Program-made: the position numbers and the translations under genes
Shown here: positions 57,963-64,000 of the stretch, piece by piece
Layout of the letters: each line of letters begins with the position of its first letter
How positions within the stretch are numbered: the stretch's first letter is position 1
Assembly: GCA_016875165.1 (NCBI GenBank)
Contig: VGSF01000007.1
Coordinates: 15,616 to 79,615, forward strand
Direction: 5' to 3'
Length of the DNA: 64,000 nt
From: Deltaproteobacteria bacterium
GTDB lineage: Bacteria; Desulfobacterota; SM23-61
The notes under the pieces: generated by a model
The model's input: only the letters and a program-made list of their open reading frames with translations
The model's database searches: none
Told to the model about the DNA's origin: nothing

Positions 57963-58484
57963 TTGATTTTTCTATTATGGCCAAAGATCGGATTCAAGGA
58001 ATCAAGTGATCAAGTGAAAAAAACTGAAAAAAAAACCTTGGACCGTCGAACCCTTGGGCCCTCGAACCCAAGGGGAATGACCCTTGTGGAAGTGATCGTG
58101 GTCATGGTCATCATCGGAACCCTGGCCGCTGTCTTCATTCCCCGATTGGAAACAACTACATCTTCCCGGGCTGCGGTGGATGGAGCGGCCTACATGATCG
58201 CTTCCGACATTCGCTATGCCCAGGAGTTTGCCATGGCCAGGGGGATATCCAAGGGAGTCATTTTTACATCCGGGGCATCGGTTTACACCTTCAACCCCGG
58301 AAGCGGTCTGGATTCTTCAGGTCAACTTCCAGCAGGGGCAACGGTTGTTAACAATTTCACCATTACCTTTAATTCCCTGGGAGAACCCACCACCGGGGGA
58401 GGCGGATCAGTAACGGTTTCCGGGGGGGGACAGACAAAAACCATCAGCATTGTGATTTATACGGGAAAGGTGAACATTACCTAA
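57963..58484 (+). CDS. Minor prepilin (MshC/FimT-like)
   Basis: RG|MTLVEVIVVMVIIG cleavage/methylation motif; start uncertain (TTG 57963 has GGAG SD). Confidence 0.85.
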   Translation: MIFLLWPKIGFKESSDQVKKTEKKTLDRRTLGPSNPRGMTLVEVIVVMVIIGTLAAVFIPRLETTTSSRAAVDGAAYMIASDIRYAQEFAMARGISKGVIFTSGASVYTFNPGSGLDSSGQLPAGATVVNNFTITFNSLGEPTTGGGGSVTVSGGGQTKTISIVIYTGKVNIT

Positions 58485-58939
58485 TGAGAGGGGTCAAGGG
58501 GTCGAGGATTCAAGGGGTCATGTATAGGCAAAAAAAAAGAAGTAAAGGATTCACCCTCATTGAAATCATTATTGTGATCGTGATGGCCGGGATCCTTCTG
58601 CCGGCTATTATTGTCCCCTTTATTGCCTCCGTTAAGGGGAGCGGAAAACCCGAGATGGCCGGCAAAGCCATGTATCTTGCCAAACAGAAGATGGAGGAGT
58701 TCATGAAATTCGAATACGGCAATCCAGCCCTTAACCCCGTGAATCTCACTCCCTATGCCGCCGCGGATCTTCCCAACTACCAATGGCGATGGGAGAGGCT
58801 TTATGTGCCTAGTAATAATCTAATGGCTGCTGGGTCTGTTAATCCACCGGATACAGGGTATAAACGGATTCGAGTTCTGGTAAGAGATCCGGAAAACAGT
58901 ACTTATGAGGTCTATTCAGTGGTCACAAATTTTCCATAA
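58484..58939 (+). CDS. Minor prepilin (MshD/PilV-like)
   Basis: KG|FTLIEIIIVIV; TAATG coupling with previous gene. Confidence 0.87.
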   Translation: MRGVKGSRIQGVMYRQKKRSKGFTLIEIIIVIVMAGILLPAIIVPFIASVKGSGKPEMAGKAMYLAKQKMEEFMKFEYGNPALNPVNLTPYAAADLPNYQWRWERLYVPSNNLMAAGSVNPPDTGYKRIRVLVRDPENSTYEVYSVVTNFP

Positions 58940-58956
58940 GAGAAAGGGGCCAAGAA

Positions 58957-59565
58957 GTGGCCAAATTGCGGATTATGAATTGTCGATTATGGAATCTTAA
59001 CTCCGAACTCCGAGCTCCGAGCTCCGAATTTCAAAGGGGTTTCACCTTAATAGAAATAATTATCGTGATGGTCATTTTGTCCATCGTTTCTGCTATTACC
59101 ATCAAATTCTTAGTAGATAGCCTGAAAGTCTACACAATGTCGGTCAATCAGAAGACTCTTTTAGACGAGGGGAAACTGGCCCTGGAAAGGATGTGCCGGG
59201 ACATACGGGATGCCCGGAGCATTATTTCTCCGGCCGCCGGGGGATCAGGGAATCTGATCACTTTTGTCAGAACCCATGCTACGGCCCACGATGGGGCGAA
59301 TGAGAGTATTACCTTCCAGTTGAGCGGGGGCAATCTGGAAAAAGTCAAATCATCCCCCGCTGCCGTCAGCGCCCTGGCCGAAAATGTTTCTGCTTTCACA
59401 GTAGCCCGGGAAACGCTGAATGATGAGATTCGCATTTTTTTGACTCTCTCGCTGGGAAGCGGAGAAATTATGACTTTACAGACGAAGGTCTATCCGAAAA
59501 ATCTTGCGGATAGTTTGGCGTATAAAAACTTTTTTGCCAACTGGCGGGAGGAGCAGAGCAGTTGA
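58957..59565 (+). CDS. Minor prepilin (MshO/PilW-like)
   Basis: RG|FTLIEIIIVMV; ALERMCRDIR. Confidence 0.87.
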   Translation: MAKLRIMNCRLWNLNSELRAPSSEFQRGFTLIEIIIVMVILSIVSAITIKFLVDSLKVYTMSVNQKTLLDEGKLALERMCRDIRDARSIISPAAGGSGNLITFVRTHATAHDGANESITFQLSGGNLEKVKSSPAAVSALAENVSAFTVARETLNDEIRIFLTLSLGSGEIMTLQTKVYPKNLADSLAYKNFFANWREEQSS

Positions 59566-60347
59566 AAAATCCCTTGCGGATGGACGCAAAAGGAGTATCC
59601 GCGCTCTTCCTGATCATGGCCATGATGCTCCTGACCGCGGTCGGTTACGTCCTTTCTTATTTGATCCCCACCAAACAGAAATCGGTCAGCTTGGCCATCT
59701 ACTCTCCTCAGGCCTTTTTCATTGCCCAGGCCGGGGTGGAATACGGGGTCCGCTATAGCTCGGACCAGGGCTGGAGGAATTCAACGGATCTCCTCCGTCT
59801 TAACGGAGCCGGAGTGAACCAACGAAACCTGGGAAATGGAAGGTTCACCATCAGTTATAACAGCGGAAGCGATCGTTTGACCTCCAGGGGAGAGATCAGC
59901 AATTCCAGCGAGCGCAGGACTGTGGAGGTTTCCAACTTCAGCCAATTCCTGCGGGTGGTCTTTGCTCCAGCTTCTCCGGCCGCGTGCTGGAGTGCGGGAA
60001 CTTCGCGGGCCAGGTTCTTTATTCAAAATGCCCGGGGAAGCAGCCTGACGCTGACCGCTTTTTCCGCCTCCTGGACCCAAACCCCGCCCAACAGGATGAT
60101 TCGGCGAATCGACATGGATGGCCTTCAAAAATATGACGGAAATTATATCAACGGCAGCGAGGCGGTAAATTTTAACCGGGGGGGCAATCAGCATACGATA
60201 CTCCCCAACGGTGTGACCCAGGTGGATATTGAGTGGAATAGCGATGTAACGAACGGGGCCAATATCCGCATTACATTTTATACAGCAACCGGAAAGAATT
60301 ATCCCTTTAACCTGGATGCGCCGGGAGATGGATTGCCGGCTTGTTAA
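59562..60347 (+). CDS. PilX/MshP-like minor pilin
   Basis: KG|VSAL (no Glu5), QAFFIAQAGVE motif. Confidence 0.8.
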   Translation: MKNPLRMDAKGVSALFLIMAMMLLTAVGYVLSYLIPTKQKSVSLAIYSPQAFFIAQAGVEYGVRYSSDQGWRNSTDLLRLNGAGVNQRNLGNGRFTISYNSGSDRLTSRGEISNSSERRTVEVSNFSQFLRVVFAPASPAACWSAGTSRARFFIQNARGSSLTLTAFSASWTQTPPNRMIRRIDMDGLQKYDGNYINGSEAVNFNRGGNQHTILPNGVTQVDIEWNSDVTNGANIRITFYTATGKNYPFNLDAPGDGLPAC

Positions 60348-60440
60348 ACCCTTTTAACCCTTCTTATAAAAGAAGGGTTTGGGTGATTTAAACAAAAGCG
60401 ATACCCGTGAGCAGGATTGCCACAAAAAGGTAAATATCCT

Positions 60441-62129
60441 ATGGCCAAAGTAAAAATCGGTTTAGACATTGGCAGCCATTCCATTAAGCTAACAGGTTTC
60501 CAAATGACTTCCCGGGGCCTTTTTCTCACCCATGCCGGGATAAAAGAGATTCCCCATGGACGAGAGGAAGGGGATTTAAATTTCATTGCCGAAGTCACCA
60601 AGGCTCTTTACAGGGAAATGGATCTGCCTCCCGGGAAAGTCAGGCTATGTGTTTCCGGTCCGGGAATACATATCCGGCGGATAACCTTTCCTGCTATGCC
60701 CAAAGCCGACCTGAAAGAGGCCATCCGCTGGGAGTTGAAAGGGCAGCTTTCCTATCCCATCGAATCAGCCCAGATCGACTTCCATGTCTTGAATGAATTT
60801 GTTGAAGACGACTCGAAGAAGCTTAACATGATTGCTGTAATATGCCCCCATCAGCAAATCGAGCGCACCCTGGCCATTGCCGGAAAAGCCGGACTCCATC
60901 CCACCCATCTAAACGTGGGTCCCTTTGCCCTGTGGAATGCCCTGTTAAATTTTCATGGGCTGGAAAAAGAGGAAAGGGTTGCTTTGATCGACCTGGGGGC
61001 GGAAAAAACAGGGATTCATATTTTCCAAAAAGGGGTTTTACAAGTCAGCCGGGAATTTACCCCGGCCGGGAATGATATTACCCTGGCCATTCAGGAAGGA
61101 ATCGAACCTGCGCCAGGTCTCCATTCCCTCTTTGATCGGGCGGAAAGAGTAAAATACACCATTGGAATTCCGGCAAAAGGTCCTTATGAAAAAATTGAGG
61201 GGGAATCGATCAGTGTAGCCAAGATAACCTTTCTCGTCCGGCCGGTGCTGGAGAGGCTGGTGGCCGAGATCAGCCGTTCCCTGGCCTATTACCGAGCCCA
61301 ATTTCCCGCCGAACGAATCGATCGAGTCCTGCTTAGCGGGGGTTGCGCCAGTTTAAAAAATATATCATCTTATCTTGCCGATGAGCTCCATTTGCCGGTC
61401 GAACGGTTCAATCCTTTGCAAGAGATTCCCTTTGACACGCGCCTGGTCCAGCCGCAACTGCTGGATGAAATGGGTCCGGCGCTTACCGCAGCGGCAGGGG
61501 CGGCCTTTTCCCAGCCCAAGCGGATTGAACTCCTTCCCGTAAAAGACCCATTCCTTTCCAAGATTCGCCAGGGGGAAACCATTCCCGTTCTAACTGCCCT
61601 GGTGATCGGCCTTATCTTTTTCTGGATTGGCTGGGATATGAATGCAGAGCTATCCCAGCTGAAAAAAGAATACGAGGCAAAAATGATCCAGATGAAAACC
61701 ACGGAAGCGCTTCCGGAAAAGCTGGGCTTGTTAAAGGAAAGAGAGAGCCAGATGAAACAGGATCTCTCTATTTTTGCCTCGGCCATGGTCTTGCCGGCCC
61801 AGTTCCAGGGAGTTCTAAGAAAATTGCCCATCCTGATTCCCCAGAATGTGACCGTGACAATTCTTTCTGTGCAAGCAAAGCCGCAGCCGGCCAAAGAGGA
61901 ATCCCCGGCCAAAGAAGGAAAGGAATTGCAAATCACCGGCCTGGCCTTTGGCAGTGATTTAAACTGCCTCACGGCTCTGGCCCAGATGATCGAGGGCCTG
62001 GAAAAATCTCCCCTCTTTAAAAATGCCCGATTAATATCCGCCGATGAAACTAACTCATATACCCGCCCCGGGATTCGATTTGAGATGACCTGTGAGCTCG
62101 AATCCGAAGGACAAAAAGGAAAACCGTAA
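60441..62129 (+). CDS. PilM-PilN fusion (MshI-like)
   Basis: IGLDIGSHSIK, LIDLGA, LSGG actin-like fold, then IELLP, TM helix, coiled coil and LEKSPLF PilN domain. Confidence 0.85.
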   Translation: MAKVKIGLDIGSHSIKLTGFQMTSRGLFLTHAGIKEIPHGREEGDLNFIAEVTKALYREMDLPPGKVRLCVSGPGIHIRRITFPAMPKADLKEAIRWELKGQLSYPIESAQIDFHVLNEFVEDDSKKLNMIAVICPHQQIERTLAIAGKAGLHPTHLNVGPFALWNALLNFHGLEKEERVALIDLGAEKTGIHIFQKGVLQVSREFTPAGNDITLAIQEGIEPAPGLHSLFDRAERVKYTIGIPAKGPYEKIEGESISVAKITFLVRPVLERLVAEISRSLAYYRAQFPAERIDRVLLSGGCASLKNISSYLADELHLPVERFNPLQEIPFDTRLVQPQLLDEMGPALTAAAGAAFSQPKRIELLPVKDPFLSKIRQGETIPVLTALVIGLIFFWIGWDMNAELSQLKKEYEAKMIQMKTTEALPEKLGLLKERESQMKQDLSIFASAMVLPAQFQGVLRKLPILIPQNVTVTILSVQAKPQPAKEESPAKEGKELQITGLAFGSDLNCLTALAQMIEGLEKSPLFKNARLISADETNSYTRPGIRFEMTCELESEGQKGKP

Positions 62130-62132
62130 CCC

Positions 62133-62702
62133 ATGGTGCTTAAAAATCGAGAAAAGATCGTGCTTCTAATAGGCCTCTTGGCCGTGGCTATATGGGCCTT
62201 TGATCAATTCTATTACGCCCCCCAGAAGAAAAAAATCCTGAACCTTAAGGCGGAGATCCATGCTGCTGAATACAGGCTGAATGAATCGCTCGTCTTTAGC
62301 AAAGGCGTGGCCACAGTGGAGGCGGAGGTGGCCCGCCTGGAGAAGGAACTCCATGGAGTGCGGGAACGGATGCTAAGGGGGGAAGAATTCAGGGCGTTTC
62401 TCAAACAATTGGCCAGGGACAGCGATCGCCTTAAGATGAAAATGATTTCCCTTTCGCCTCAGGAAGAGAAGATTGTAAGGCCTCAGGGGAAGCTGGAAAG
62501 CGCTGCTCTGCAGTTCAAAAAGGTCACAGTGCAACTGATTTTGCATGCCAGCTATAATGCCCTGGGGAATTATCTGAAAGGGATTGAACAACTTCCCTTT
62601 GTGGTGGCGATTGATCATCTTAAGATCGAGAGGAAAGAGGAGATTCTGCCTTGTTTAAAAGTAACCATGGATTTGAGCGTGCGCATCCTTTCTCCAGAAT
62701 AA
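62133..62702 (+). CDS. PilO/MshJ-like protein
   Basis: REKI + TM helix, coiled coil, ASYNALGNYLKGIEQLP. Confidence 0.85.
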   Translation: MVLKNREKIVLLIGLLAVAIWAFDQFYYAPQKKKILNLKAEIHAAEYRLNESLVFSKGVATVEAEVARLEKELHGVRERMLRGEEFRAFLKQLARDSDRLKMKMISLSPQEEKIVRPQGKLESAALQFKKVTVQLILHASYNALGNYLKGIEQLPFVVAIDHLKIERKEEILPCLKVTMDLSVRILSPE

Positions 62703-62719
62703 AGAGGCAAATTACACTT

Positions 62720-62852
62720 GATGATCTCGTAAAAAGTCTGAAAATGCCCTTTTCCGTCATTCCGGCGGAAGCCGGAATCCAGTATTTTCAAATGCTTATA
62801 AATACCCTGGACTCCGGTTTTCACCGGAGTGACGACTTTTTACGAGAACATC
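62720..62852. mobile_element. MITE family C inside the pilus operon
   Basis: GATGATCTCGTAAAAAGTC / GACTTTTTACGAGAACATC with GTCATTCCGG cargo. Confidence 0.88.
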
Positions 62853-62888
62853 ATTCTTAACAATGGATTTCTTTGCAGGAGGGAATTT

Positions 62889-63356
62889 TTGAAGCAAATT
62901 ATAATAACTTTTCAGTCTCTTTGTTTAGCGGCCCTTATGCTTGGGTCGGGCATACCTCCTGGCCAACCCGCGGCAGCCTACGGACAACCTCTGAAGAAAA
63001 CCGGTCAACCCCGAGAGGAGGGAAGGGATCCATTCCTCTTACCGCCGGGAGTTCGCCATCTTTCCCAAGGACAGGAAGGAGTAGCCCCTGTCCGTACAGA
63101 AACAGGCCCCGTGGTAACGCCTGATGTGCAGCCCGCGGAAACCGCTCCCCGGCCGCTTTCCCTTAAGGCCATTTTAATTAGCGATCACATTCGCCTGGCC
63201 ACGATCGATCAACAGATTGTCGCAGTGGGAGATACTATAAACGAGGAAAAGATCCTGGAGATTCAGAAAGACCGGGTAATATTGGGGAAGGGGGATAGAA
63301 GAAGGACCCTTCTTTTATCGCAGAGCCCGATTCGATTAACCATCGAGGGGAAATAA
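62889..63356 (+). CDS. MshK/PilP-like exported protein
   Basis: RDPF, LKAILIS, ATID..VAVGDTI; TTG start after AGGAGG. Confidence 0.7.
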   Translation: MKQIIITFQSLCLAALMLGSGIPPGQPAAAYGQPLKKTGQPREEGRDPFLLPPGVRHLSQGQEGVAPVRTETGPVVTPDVQPAETAPRPLSLKAILISDHIRLATIDQQIVAVGDTINEEKILEIQKDRVILGKGDRRRTLLLSQSPIRLTIEGK

Positions 63357-63370
63357 AAAGGAGAAAAGTC

Positions 63371-64000
63371 ATGAAAGCGAAGATCTTCTTCATGTTTTTT
63401 CTAATTGTAACTTTAGCGGTGGGGTGCGCCACAGCCCCGAAGAAGGAGCGGGCAAAATTACCTTCCCAGGTGGCCGAACGCCCAGAGCCTCCCCTTCCAG
63501 CGAAAGAGCCATTGAAAGAGCTGGTCGTCCCCCAAAGAGAGGAAGCTAAAAAGATTCCCGAAAAAAGGTTCTCCTTAAGCGCCCGGGATGCGAATATACT
63601 GGATGTGCTTTTGGCTTTCTCCAGGGAAAGTGAGATCAATATTATCATCGATCCGGAATTAAGCGGAAAAGTCACCGTGGACCTGAAACGGCTGACCTTG
63701 ACCGAAGCCCTCGAAGCAGTTCTTTTTCCGCTGGGCTGGACCTACCGCCTCGATGAAAAATTTATCAAAATCCAAAAAGCCCAGATGGAAACCCGCATTT
63801 TCACTTTGAACTATATCGCGACGAAACGGAGCGGCAAAAGGGAGATTTTTGCCAGCCATGGCGGGGGCTTGCAGACTGGCGTCCCTGCCGGACAACAGGC
63901 CGCGATCAGTGTCGCCAGCGCCCGCACAGGATATAGCGACCTGGTGAGCATTGATGAAATGGATCTATGGAAGGAAATTCAGAAAGGGTTGGAGACAATC
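63371..64000 (+). CDS. Lipoprotein secretin (MshL-like), 5' part, runs off window end
   Basis: Manual translation: MKAKIFF..LAVG-C lipobox, FSLSARDA, GKVTVDLK, TRIFTLNY, DLWKEI. Confidence 0.85.
   Translation, partial: MKAKIFFMFFLIVTLAVGCATAPKKERAKLPSQVAERPEPPLPAKEPLKELVVPQREEAKKIPEKRFSLSARDANILDVLLAFSRESEINIIIDPELSGKVTVDLKRLTLTEALEAVLFPLGWTYRLDEKFIKIQKAQMETRIFTLNYIATKRSGKREIFASHGGGLQTGVPAGQQAAISVASARTGYSDLVSIDEMDLWKEIQKGLETI

Overview
64 kb of chromosome from what looks like an anaerobic Deltaproteobacterium/Desulfobacterota (inferred from gene order and protein families). Housekeeping blocks: gap (partial), ilvD, hsp20-lon, rpmH-rnpA-yidD-yidC-jag-mnmE, yceD-rpmF-plsX-fabH-[acyl-CoA dehydrogenase]-fabG-acpP-fabF-rpiB-dCMP deaminase, and nrdR-ribD-ribE-ribBA-ribH-nusB. 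Also present: acyl-CoA catabolic genes, a TRAP transporter next to a biotin-dependent ion-pumping decarboxylase, and the start of an MSHA-type pilus operon. No rRNA, tRNA or CRISPR array was recognised. Main points of interest: (1) a hybrid pump locus, where a MadB-like carboxybiotin decarboxylase, a minimal biotin carrier, an unannotated 40-aa membrane peptide and a CoA-type carboxyltransferase lie co-oriented downstream of a relocated fabD, while an acyl-CoA dehydrogenase occupies fabD's usual slot, suggesting re-wired fatty-acid precursor metabolism; (2) a dense, nested repeat system of four MITE families with readable target-site duplications (TSDs), whose ends carry interchangeable REP-like cargo and often land on stop codons; (3) short repeats translated inside prepilin leader peptides; (4) an ABC-F gene with no canonical start codon. 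All family assignments come from motif recognition by eye and need database confirmation.
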